Of a stretch of 64,000 bases of DNA, positions 14,876 to 25,679 are shown piece by piece. Positions within the stretch are counted from its first letter, which is position 1. Every line of letters starts with the position of its first letter. The translations under genes and the position numbers were made by a program. Source of the DNA: Paraspadella gotoi. Lineage: Eukaryota > Animalia > Chaetognatha. The notes below the pieces were generated by a model. It worked only from the letters and a program-made list of their open reading frames with translations. It made no database searches and was not told where the DNA came from. The DNA is taken from assembly GCA_051294375.1 (NCBI GenBank), contig CM119263.1, positions 5,454,823-5,518,822 on the forward strand, given 5' to 3'.

Positions 14876-17800
14876 ATGATTTTCTTCGTCGTCATCGTCG
14901 TCGTCTTCGTCTTCGTCATCGTCGTAACGCGATCGTCGGCTTTCTCCTCCAACGTCTCCTCCTCTAGTCGTTTGTTGTTGTTGTTGTCCGTCGTTGTTGT
15001 CGTCGTTGTCGTCGTATTCTTGGCCAACAAGGAGGCGTTCGGTCGCCAATCGAAAATCCTCACCGTCCTTGATTTCTCGAAGGCTTTGGACGAAGGATCG
15101 AAGTGTGCTCGGGATCTGACGGAGATACCGTTTAATGGTGTAGAGAGAGAGAGATGATGAGGAGAGAGGAAGTGAGAGAAGAGAAAGAGAGAGGAGAGAG
15201 TTTGGACGAAGGATCGAAGCTCTCGAATCTGGTACGGAAATACCGCTTCAAGGTGAAGAGAGAGGTAGAGAGGAAGAGAGGAATGGTCGGAGAGAGGAAA
15301 GATGAGAGAAAACGAGGAGAGAGTCAATAGCTCCTTTGGACGAAAGAGTGAAGTTGTGCTCGGGAATTCTGACGGTGAAAAATACCCCTTCAAGGGTGAG
15401 AGAGGAGAGAGAGAGAGAGAGAAAGAGTATGATGAGAGAGAGAGAGAGAGAGAGCTTGGACGAAGGATCGCAATGTTGTTGCTCGGATCTGGACGGAAGA
15501 AAGTAACCGCTTCAAGGCAGTGGGGGTACGATGAGAGAGAGAAAGAAGAAGAGAAAGATCGAAAATGAAAGAGAGAGAGAGAGAGAGCTGTTGGACGAAC
15601 GATCGAAGTGTGCTCGGGATCTGGACGGGCAATAGCCCGCCTTACCCAAGGTAGGTGCGAGAGGTAGGAGAGAGAGAGAGAGAATATGAAGGGAGGGAGG
15701 ATGGGAGAAGAAAGAGAGAAGAGACGAGAAAAGTTGGAGAGAGAGAGAGAGCGAGCGAGAGAGAGAGAAGACTTCGGACGAAGGATTCGAAGTGTGCTCG
15801 GATCTGACGGATACCGCTTTCAAGGCCAGTGGAAGAGAGAGAGAGAGAGGAGGACAAGAGAGAGAGAGGAAAGAGTGGAGAGAGAAAAGGGGAGGAAAGA
15901 GAAGAAGAGAGATGAGAGAGGAGCTAGCACTTGGACAAGGATCGAAGTTGTCGGAATCGGACGGAAATAACCCGCTTTTCAAGGGGTTGAGAGAGAGAGA
16001 GCGAGATGAGAGAGAAGAGAGTTTGACGGATCGAAGTGTGCTCGTGCGATCTGGACGGAATACCGCCTTCAAGCGTGATGGCAGATGAGGAGATGAAGAT
16101 CGAGAGAAGACGAGAAGAGAGAAAGAGCAGGAGACGAGACGAGAGAGAGCTTTGGACGAAGGATCGTCAGTGTGTCGTTTCGGATCTGGAAGCGACATAC
16201 CGCTTCGGGTGAACGCAGAGAGACGAGAGAGCAGAGAGCGAAAAGAGAGAGAGAGAGGAGAGAGAGAGAGACGCTGTGGAGAAAGATCGCACAGGCCTAA
16301 GTCGGATCTGACGGAAATACCGGCTTCAAGGTGTAGAGGAAGAGAGAGAGATAGAGAGGAAGAGAGAAGAAGGGAGAGAAGAGAGTAGGAGAGCTTTGGA
16401 CGAATGTGATCGAGTGTTGCTCGGATCTGGACGGAATAGCCGACTTCGAGGGTGAAGAGAGAGAGAAGAGAGAGAGAGACGAAGAGAGTGAAGAAGAGAA
16501 GCTTTGACGAAGGGATTCGAAGTAGTCCGGACTTGGACTGAATACCCTTCAAGGGTGAAGAGACAGAACGAGAGAGAGAGAGAGAGCAGCAGTAGAGAGC
16601 TTTGGACGAAGGAATCGAAAGTGCTCGGGATCTGAGCGAATACCGCTTCAAGGTGATGGAGAGAGAGAAGAGAAGAGAGAGAGGAAAATGAGAAGAGAGA
16701 GAGAGATGAGCTTTGACGAAGGAATCGAAGTTGGTGCTCGCGGATCTGGACGGAATACCCGCTTCAAGGTGTGGAAGAGAGGAGAGAGAGAGAGAGAGAG
16801 GAGAGAGAAGAGAGAGCTTGGACGAAGGACTCGAAGGTGCTCGGATCTGGACGGCAAATACCGCTTCAAGGGTGGAGAAGGGAGAGAGAGAGAGAAGAGA
16901 GAGAAGCGAAGGAAGAGGAGCTTTGGACGAAGGATCGAAGTGTGCTCGGGATATGGACGGATATACCGCTTCAAGGGGATAGAGAGAGAGGAGAGAAAGA
17001 GAGAGAGAGAAGAATTTTGGCACCGACAGGATCGAAGTGTGCTCGGGATTCTGGTAACGCGGAAGTAACCGCAAGGTGGTCAGCACAGAGGAAGAGAGAG
17101 AGGAGTAGAGGAAGAAGAGAGAAGGAGAGCAAGATAGAGCTTTGGAGAAGGATCAAGTGGTGCCTCGGGATCTGGACGAATACCGCTTTCAAGGTGAGAG
17201 AGAGTAGAGAGAGAGAAGAGAAGAGAGAGAAGAGGAAGAGAGCTTGGACGAAGGACGAAGTGTGCTCGGGATCGTTGGACGGCAATACCGGCTTCAAGGT
17301 AGACAGAGAAGAGAGAGAGATAGAGAGAGTTGAGAGAGAGAGAGAGCTTTGGACGAAGATCGAAGGTGTGCTCGGGATCGGACGGATACCGCTCAAGGTG
17401 AGAGAGGAGAGAGAGACTGAGAGAGAGAGAGAGAGCTTGACGAAGATCGAGTGGCTCGGATCTGAACGAATACCGCTTCAAGGGAAGAGAGAGAGAGAAG
17501 AGAGAAGAGAGCTTTGGACGAAGATCGAGTGTGCTCGGGAATCTGGACGATACGCTTCCAAGGTGAGGATGCAGAAGAGAGAGAGAGAGAGAGAGAGAGT
17601 TAATATAAAATTTATGAAGAGTAAGTGGTGAAGAGTTAGGCTCTTTTTCCCTTCTTCTTTTCAGTTATCAAGAATTAGTTCCACCACATCAAACTTGGTG
17701 TGGTCGATGCACCACTTGTGCTGTGGTTGTTCCTTCCGGTCATCTCATCAATTCATCCGCGGGGAAGAGAATCGATTCTCACGAGTGCGTCTTCAGACTC

Positions 17801-20513
17801 AACGGAGCGCCAGTCAAGGGATTCAGGTGATGACATTGCCAGTAAAGACATTCGGTGACTTTGATGGCATTTCCAGTAAATGGATGGCATTACCAGTCGA
17901 GGGATTTTGTTTAATCAGACGATATTGCCTGATTCATCTTCCTCTTCTCAGCCAGGATGTCGGATCGAAGACCGACTTCCAAATTCTCTCCCACTCTTCC
18001 TTTCCACTCCGCTCCCCTTCCGCCTTCGAGAGGCTCGTCCAGTCATCCCTGCCCAACTTCGTCTTCATTTGGGGCCTCAAGTTTAATCGAAGGAAAGAGA
18101 TTTTTCGGGAGACAATCAAGACTTGCGCTTTGTTCGAGACGTGAGTCTGAGCTTTGAGTGTTGGGATGTTTTTGCTTATATTATATTATATTTCATATGA
18201 TATTATATTTTTTATTATATTTGATTAATATATAAAACTGTTAAAGCTGATGAAGACTCGAAACATGTCCGTTTAATAACAATAAAATCGTTGTTGCATT
18301 CAAATTCAAACGTTTTTCTAGATTAATATATTATATTTTTAAAATTCCCTGTTTGAGCAATAAGCAAGGCAGTAAATGAAATCGAGCATAGAAAGAGTCG
18401 AAAATATATTGCTGCGTATTGTGCAGCACTGAATATAATTTCTTCAATACAGATTTAATTATTTAAATTATTTCTGTTTTTTTTCATTCTGCAAATTTGC
18501 TCTTTTCTAGTTAAACAAGTTTGAGCAAATTATCCGTAATTAATTAATTAATAATTAACTAATTCAAGTTAATTAATTAATTAATTAATTTGATCCCAAA
18601 TGTTTGTTTTTAAGTCTTTTTGTCACTAACCACGACAAAAGCAATGACGACGATGAGAATAATACTAATAATAATAGTAATTAACGATGGACTTGAATGA
18701 TTGACTGATTAATTATTGATTAATTAATTGACTAATTGATTAATTAACTGATTAATTATTTGATTAATTAATACATCTTGCATTTACATTTAATATAAAA
18801 AGAAAAAGAAGCATAATCACTTAGTAAAACAGGTTTTTTTAAACTCATTTCCACTCAAACGTTTCCATCGAAAATTTATTTCCAGCTTAATCAGACACTT
18901 TCCTACCCACATACAAAATTTAAGGTCAATCGCCCCATCCACTCATGAGCAATTGGTGTTTAAATAGTGAAATAAATATTTTTCTTTTTTCCATTTAAAC
19001 TCATTTCCACTCGGACGATTCCATCGAAACTTCATATCCAGCTCAATCACACACTTCCCTACCCACACACAAAATTTCATTTCAATCCATCCTTCCAATC
19101 ACGAGTAATTGGAGTTTTTTGCTGAGGTGGGACGGACGGACGGACAGACGGACGGACGGACATTATTTTAAGTGAGTGCCCGACAAGATTAAGGGGGCGG
19201 ACCGACAAAGTGAATTATAGAGTCGGGATCTGCTGATAAGGAGTATTTCTTTCGATGCTTATATATCTTTCTGCCGTATTATATTTTATGAACAGGACGC
19301 GATGCTTCGCGAGTGAATCCTGGTTAGAATTTCAACTTGACGATGAGTTTGAAAGAGAAACTGGACTAAATCGCGTCAAATCTGGATCTTGGCTTTCGAC
19401 CGGATGGTTCGCTCTCTCCATCACCAAGTCCCTTTGTTCCAGGTCGGTTCAACATCTTTGGCTGGGAAGTCTTCTGTCCAAGGATTGTAGGGCGTTAATG
19501 AATTAATTCGTTACATAAAAAAAATAAGTTATTTAACATTATTCTTTAAGATTGACTTTACTTGTTAGGGAATCAGCTTGAGTATATTTTTGCGAAACCC
19601 AGAAAATGTAATGAATCAATTAGAAGGATTGAAGGAGTTATGGTGGACTAAAATCCACCAACCGTTCATCAGCGGCCATTGGTGCCGGAGGCAAGTCATT
19701 CGCCTCCCAACCCAAAGGTCCGTTGTTCTAGCCTGGTGGCCGCTTAGCCGGGGGACGGGGCGCTTAACCCGCTTGTATCCCGCTTGTAACACGGTGTTAC
19801 AGCCTGATCCGAAGCTCAGGGACTGCTTATATTGAACGGTTCTGTCACTAACATATGACAATAATTACTGTCTCTTCAGAGTGTCTATTAGAGTGGAGGA
19901 CTCAAGAACAAAAAAATTATTTGATTGATCGAACAAGGATATTTAGATGTGAGAAAGTAGTACAAAAACAAGTTTGAGCAAACAATGTCGGATCTGCCCA
20001 CGATGATGGCGATGACGACAATAATGCCGATAAAGATTGACTTGATTGATTGATTAATTAATTAATTAATTAATTTTTAAATAAATTGATTGATTAAATA
20101 ATTAATTAATAGATAACTCAATAATTGATTGATTGAATAAATAATTGATTTATTATTTGACCGATTAATTAATTATTTATTAATTAATTGATTAATTGAA
20201 TAATTAACTGATTAATTATTTGATTAATTAATACATCTTGCATTTACATTTATTCTATTCCTCCCTCAGCACCTCCATCTTTGGAATGACTCCCCCAGAT
20301 CACTGCTCCACTAAAAAGGACAAGAAACAAATACCCTATCACTACTACGGCTCCATCAAAAAGGACGAATGCTCCTACTTTCTTCAACTTAAAGACGAAA
20401 AGAAAGACGCTCATCGATTTTTTCTCGAGAAGAAAACTTTTGGTCTTTGGGCCCAAAAATTTAATTTCTCCTTTTTCGCTCCATCTTGGGACGAGGAGAG
20501 AAAGATTGACTGA
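14876..20513 (+). CDS. Sialyltransferase, ST6GalNAc3/4/5/6 type (GT29); exons ~14876-15138, 17665-17826, 17952-18140, 19296-19442, 20270-20513
   Basis: Phase-consistent exons encode sialylmotif L ([44 protein letters not shown]), FIWG, FERETGLNRVKSGSWLSTGWF (motif S and the ST6GalNAc signature), PYHYY (motif III), HRFFLEK (motif VS) and a terminal APSW. Hydrophobic anchor in exon 1; start codon uncertain. Confidence 0.92.
15083..17600 (+). repeat. Tandem array of ~22 units: ~55-60 nt core GCTTTGGACGAAGGATCGAAGTGTGCTCGGGATCTGGACGGAATACCGCTTCAAGG(G)TG plus a (GA)n spacer
   Basis: The core recurs roughly every 75-180 nt. The first copy is the 3' end of sialyltransferase exon 1. Confidence 0.9.
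18238..18290 (+). ncRNA. Degenerate minimal type I hammerhead ribozyme (Penelope-like pLTR relic)
   Basis: TTAAAG-CTGATGA-AGACTC-GAAA-CAT-GTC-CGTTTAA followed by AATAAA, with palindromic stem III ACATGT. Confidence 0.55.
18513..19235 (+). mobile_element. Helentron/DINE-1-like family R2 copy in a sialyltransferase intron
   Basis: Colinear with 1368-2085 (AAACAAGTTTGAGCAAA...CATCTTGCATTTACATTTAA...GACGGACGGACAGAC...CCCGACAAGATT..GGACCGACAAAGTGAATTATAG). Confidence 0.7.
19963..20250 (+). mobile_element. 5' fragment of family R2
   Basis: AAAAACAAGTTTGAGCAAACAATGTCGGATCTGCCCACGAT is identical to 1368-1408, then a TAAT-rich tract ending CATCTTGCATTTACATTT. Confidence 0.7.
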
Positions 20514-21175
20514 TAAGTTACTCCTTTAATTCTGATTGTTTTGTTTTCCAAAAAGTGCAATGACTGGTTTGTAATTTCGATTACAATTTCTCCGTTTATA
20601 TTCCATAGTCTCAAATTCTCAGTGCAACTAATGTTTGTTTTGATCAGAGAGACATTTATCTAAAAATTTTTTTCGTTTTTTAATCTAACTAAATAATTAT
20701 AAGAAACAGATTTATTTTTGGGTTCTTATCATCTTTATTTACTCCTTTGTATTCCTAAGTTAATTTCGCTACAAATGATGATTTTCAAACAAAAACAACT
20801 GTGTCGAATCGTCGTTTACCCTTTAACTGATTTTCAAAGGACGCGTCTTTTCTATTCAAATGTTGTGTGTGACGCAAATGAAAACAAACGAAAAGAAATA
20901 TCATATAGCGTAAAATCGATTGATTCGTAGAGAGTAAACGTCGTTTCTTTGGAAATGTTTTTATTTACATATCTGCGATAGGATTCTTCGTGTCTGTCTT
21001 AGCACATGACTGTTTCTTTGAAAAGCTAACATGTAAAGCAGATCTTAATAAATGTGTCAAGTTATTATCGCTAAATTCGTAAATTGGCTGACTTCTATCA
21101 AACTTTAATTTGTCTTAAAACTTTTCAAATGTCATTTCGTCATCAATGACTTGTATCTCCTCCTCCTCCTCATCC

Positions 21176-23553
21176 TCACAATCTCATAATCTCCAACTTC
21201 TTTACAACAACGAGATCGTCTTTCTTCTTCCCAACGACGTCTTCATGAACAGAGATGCCTTCGAGAAATTCCTTCAACGTTTCCTTCAAAACATCTTGCT
21301 CCATCAAAAGCTTTTTCTTCTCCAACTCTAACCCCATCGTATCCAACTTCACCTGGGGTTGAGTGAGGAAGTATTAAGGTGAGGATATGGTAAGTGTTAA
21401 GCCGAAACGTCACCCGCTTCTCACCTTATTAAATCTCCGCCAGAATCCTTCCATGTCTCGATATTCCCTCATTTCTTTCCCCAATTCCTCGTCGAACGCC
21501 TCGGCGACTCCCTTCTCCTCTTCCTCTTCCTCCTTCCACAGCACCGACTTTCCAAACGGCGTCACTTTCTCTTCTTCCGTCTCCAACTTTCGGCAAATCT
21601 CCGCCATCTGCAACAATCCCTCCCCCCGATGCAACAATGCTTGCAGCTCGACTCCAGCATCGTGGCTCTCGACGACGAGCTTCCGCAGCGCTGCTCCGTC
21701 GCGCCGACGCCGCTCCGCCAGCTGCGCTTTCGCTCTTCGCAACAGCGACGCCGCCCGGCGTTTCTCTGCGTCGATGGTGGCGTTGGCTGCGCCGATCGTT
21801 TCGACGAAAGCGGCGCCTTCAGCCTTGACGTCCCGTTCTGCCCGCAAGAGGCGCTTGATTGTTCTTCCTCTGCGCCGAATCTCCGTTCGATCGTTTTCGT
21901 CTCGTCTCTTCATCGTCTCCACCATCGACTTCATCTCTCTCGTCGTCGACTCGTATCTCTCCGTCCGGCGCCGGAATTCGAGCCAAACGACACCGAGACG
22001 AGATTCTAGTCGGCGCCGGAGGTCACGTTTGGCGTCGATTGATTCGCCCAGTATTTCGTGACGTCGAGAATCAAATCTTTGTTCCTCTTCTTTCATTTTC
22101 TCTTCGAATTCGATCGACAACGAGAAAAGATGGTCCTTTGTTTTAAAAATTGTTTTTGAATTTGAAGTAAAAAAGCGACATCTATGAGAGATAATTAATG
22201 CTAATAGTCTTAATTAAAGGTTTCAATTCTAATTTTTCCTAATAATACTGATTTACATAAGAAAGACTGTATTAGTTTTTGGAAAACATGGGGTCATATC
22301 CAAGGAAAAAACTTATTATTTATTATTTATTTATAATGAGTAGCGACAAGGGGTCCTTATTTGAACCTCGTAAAGAACTCTCATCTTTCTATCGATAAAG
22401 TAACTGTTTAATTAATACTTTGTATAAACCGTCTGAAGAAGTACTTATGAAATGAACAAAATTAATGTTGCTATTAATGATGGTATCAGAAAAATATTTG
22501 GATTCAACGGGTGGGAAAGCATTAGAGAGTTACTGAGTTTATTTGGTTACTGTGACATTAATACCCTGTTTAACCAACGTAGAAAGAATTTTATTTCTAA
22601 GATCTACTGTTAAAAAAATTTAGTTCTCTAAAGAATAGTCGCATTCTTTAATGATTGAAATATTTTTATCAGTAACTTTGTTTTGTCTTTAGTCTTAGCT
22701 TTTTTCGATGCTCATGTATGCACTGAATCAATTCGAAATAAAACGCATAATATTTAGTATACACAAATACACCCTAGAAGAATGTCGTGAAATTTAATTA
22801 TAACATTAAACTTGATTTTGTCCTCATCTTACTTTCTCTTTCTCACCTTCCTATCTTGCTCCACTTTTTTTTTCTGATCCTCTATCCGCTCCTTCTCTTT
22901 GCTCCACTCGCTCTCCATATTCGCTACATCGTCTTCGAAATCGCTCCTTAGTCGCTCCAGTCGAGGACGTTGTGACTCAATCAAACTCTCGATCTGTGGT
23001 TAAAAATTTAAATTGTTGCTATTAGTTTTATCGTATAATACTAAAAGGCATTATTAGCAAAATTCAACAGCAAACTCTAAATTTAGCCATGACAGCCGTA
23101 GCAGCCGTGCCGGCCGTGGCAGTGGTGTCGCTCACCTTCTCCAGATGGACCCTGGCCGCCTGACGACGCTGCTCCTCCGCCTGATCCGCCTGATCATTCA
23201 AGTCTCGAATGAAAGTCGACTTCCTACGCAACGAGTCGTCGACGATAGCAGGAAGACGGCGCAGGTCAGAGGTCAAGTCTTTGGATGTCGCCTCTCTGTT
23301 TGGGGATGATTGCTTGCTTGTTGAGAGAAAGAGAGAGAGAGAGAGAGAGACGCACAGTGCTTCGCATAACAATAACAACTCGCCTCAATATCTTCGTCCA
23401 CTCTTCGTTCAATTTCGCCCGATTAATTCGGGAGTGTCGTTCTTCCTGCAGCAGCCGATGTCGCAGCCACTGCGTCGCCATGTCTCGACGCCGCCGCCGC
23501 GCGTTCTCTTCTTTCATTCGTTTGGCGATTTCGTCGGCAGATGGCACCGCCAT
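21176..23553 (-). CDS. CCDC65: Dynein regulatory complex subunit 2 / CCDC65 (exons 23384-23553, 23136-23295, 22847-22993, 21425-22135, 21176-21352; ~454 aa)
   Basis: Coiled-coil protein with INRAKLNEEWTKILRE, AEEQRRQAARVHL, LQMAEICRKLETEEEKVTPF, FWRRFNKV and LKEFLEGISV, matching the CCDC65 layout. Exon phases are consistent. Confidence 0.9.
22430..22745 (+). mobile_element. 5'-truncated LINE relic (C-terminus of ORF2 plus 3' UTR) in a CCDC65 intron
   Basis: 22452-22613 translates MNKINVAINDGIRKIFGFNGWESIRELLSLFGYCDINTLFNQRRKNF, resembling the tail of non-LTR reverse transcriptase ORFs. AATAAA near 22737. Confidence 0.55.
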
Positions 23554-24067
23554 CTTAGATAGAGGTTTAGGCGTGACTGGGAGATCCGTAAAAAAGCTCT
23601 TTAGCGTGATGATATACGCAATAAATTGTGACACTCTCTTCACAAAATGAAACGCGATCAGTTACACAGCATGAAATATTAGTACCGAATGATGAAAAGT
23701 TATTTGTTACACTAAAAGTAAATATATTTTATTTTTGTTATTGTTTTTTTTTATTTTCAAAAGATAAATGGAACAAAAATAAAAAATAATTAATAATACT
23801 CTCACTTTTAAAAATAAATACTATTATTTTAATGTCTATACTGGTAATCTTTGATAATGGAATCAAATTCGTTGTTAAGGTGACAGCGCTGATAAGAAAT
23901 AACAGAAAAGTGATATGCGTCAAGGTTGGGCTACTTCTAATCACTAATCAATTCATTCCTAGTAGAAATTGAAATTAAAAAACAAAAGAGAAAACTATTT
24001 TTAGAAAAAAAATTCAGTTTTAATAATATATTACGTTTTTTAGCGAAACAGCGAATTATAAAAAATA

Positions 24068-24165
24068 TGCTCCAGGTGAGGCTCGAACTCACAACCTCCG
24101 CATTTCTCAGCACAGCCTGTACTGCCTTATAAGTACGGCGCGCTAACCGATTGCGCCACTGGAGC
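24068..24165 (-). tRNA. tRNA-Ile (TAT) with a 24-nt intron (24104-24127)
   Basis: Minus strand GCTCCAGTGGCGCAATCGGTTAGCGCGCCGTACT[TAT]A-intron-ATGCGGAGGTTGTGAGTTCGAGCCTCACCTGGAGCA, intron at the canonical 37/38 position. Confidence 0.96.
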
Positions 24166-25679
24166 ACGTAGGGCTCATTCAGAATGAGAAATTATATATT
24201 ATTAGTAACGATCTAAATAATCGGGAAATACGTTGGTGATTCTGTAATTAGATAATTTTGATTAAAACCAGTTATGGATCAGTTCTATCGATTATTTTTT
24301 TAACTTACAAACATACATAAATTTTGTTTCAATGAGTGAATTCGACGGCCATCTGGTGAACATTAATGTAAAACTCAATAGGATTTCGCTCAAACATTTG
24401 AACAATGCTTTTATTTTGTTTTGATTTGTTGCTTTTTAATAGTTAACTAAATTCATGATATTTAAGATAATTAAATATTTCTTTAATTTCTAAAGAACTC
24501 GGATTAAAAAAATATATTTTAAATGAGTATTTAAAAGTTCCGTTTAAGCGGTATTGACTGTGATTAGCTATAAGTAATTCGTTCAATCGCGTCCGCTAGA
24601 AGACTCCGGAGAGAATAAGAGGTTTCATTGCGAGGGTTAAATATTATCTGATACAGAATTACTTAAAAACCCAGAAGTAGATGCCGAACTATCAGTACAA
24701 CAAAACGATGAGTTGCGTCGAAGGAGAATAGACAAAGAATGGTTAAATCGATCAGTCGCACTTTCGAGACAATTTGCAAACTCTACCTCGTTCCAACATT
24801 AACTTTTAATTTCTAATGGTTCGTTTAGCAAATAAAAAGGCTATTTTTTATATTCATTTCCTAACTCTCCGACAAAAAGTTAAAAAAAAATAATTCTTAA
24901 GTACGTTTAGATGATTTAATCGCTGGAAGTTCAATATTTATATTGGTAAAACTCAAGTGTAACAATTTTTTTGCCATGCATTATCTAAATAAATTATATA
25001 TTGATAGCTCTAAAACAACGAATTCAAGTTTTAAATGAATGTAAATATATGAATATATGGTTTTCAAAATTAAAAAAATATAAAATGAATATTTAACGTA
25101 GTATTCACAAATAATAAGTAATAATGCAAAAAATATTTACAAATTTTTCAATGGAAAATACGTTAAAATTGTAAGTAAATCTGGAAATCACATATTCAGA
25201 CGATAGTTTTTTTTTTTCATTTCAAAACTGTCGGGCTGCATTCAAAAATCATATGAGGTAAACGATTTAACAAAGTCGAGCGCGAAAATTCGACTCCTTG
25301 GCAATATTTGTTGTTGTTGTTGTTGTTGTGGTTTTCCGTTTTATCCGGAGTCCAAGAATTTATTGCTGACGAAAGAAAAAACACTGAGGGCGGATAAAAT
25401 CATCTCAACTCATAGGGACGAAGATTTGAACGCTAAAGTAACGGCAATGATATGATTTCTTTGTCTCAAGAATCGAAACGACGAAATAAAATAGGATGGA
25501 ATTGGATCTGAAAGCAAATCTTCTAATATGGAATCATATCTTCATCGAATCTTATCTTCCAAGAAATATTTTCATCTTCATAGAACCAAATCTTTTTCGA
25601 TAGATTTGTATCTTCATTGAACAAAATCTTCTAAGGATTTGCATCGTGAAGGAACAAAATCTTCTAGTGATTTAAATCT

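Noticed and set aside
14822-15049. Minus-strand acidic ORF (ATERLLVGQEYDD...)
   Set aside because: Antisense shadow of the sialyltransferase anchor exon, caused by GTC/GTT triplet repeats.
15083-17600. CRISPR-like repeat-spacer appearance
   Set aside because: Spacers are (GA)n microsatellite rather than unique sequence, the repeat is an exon end, there are no cas genes and the context is eukaryotic.
15512-17631. Long ORFs (524 aa on -, 286 aa on +) rich in SL or ER repeats
   Set aside because: Products of (CT)n/(GA)n and the tandem array, lying inside the sialyltransferase intron.
21387-22061. 224-aa plus-strand ORF
   Set aside because: Antisense to the well-supported CCDC65 exon 4.
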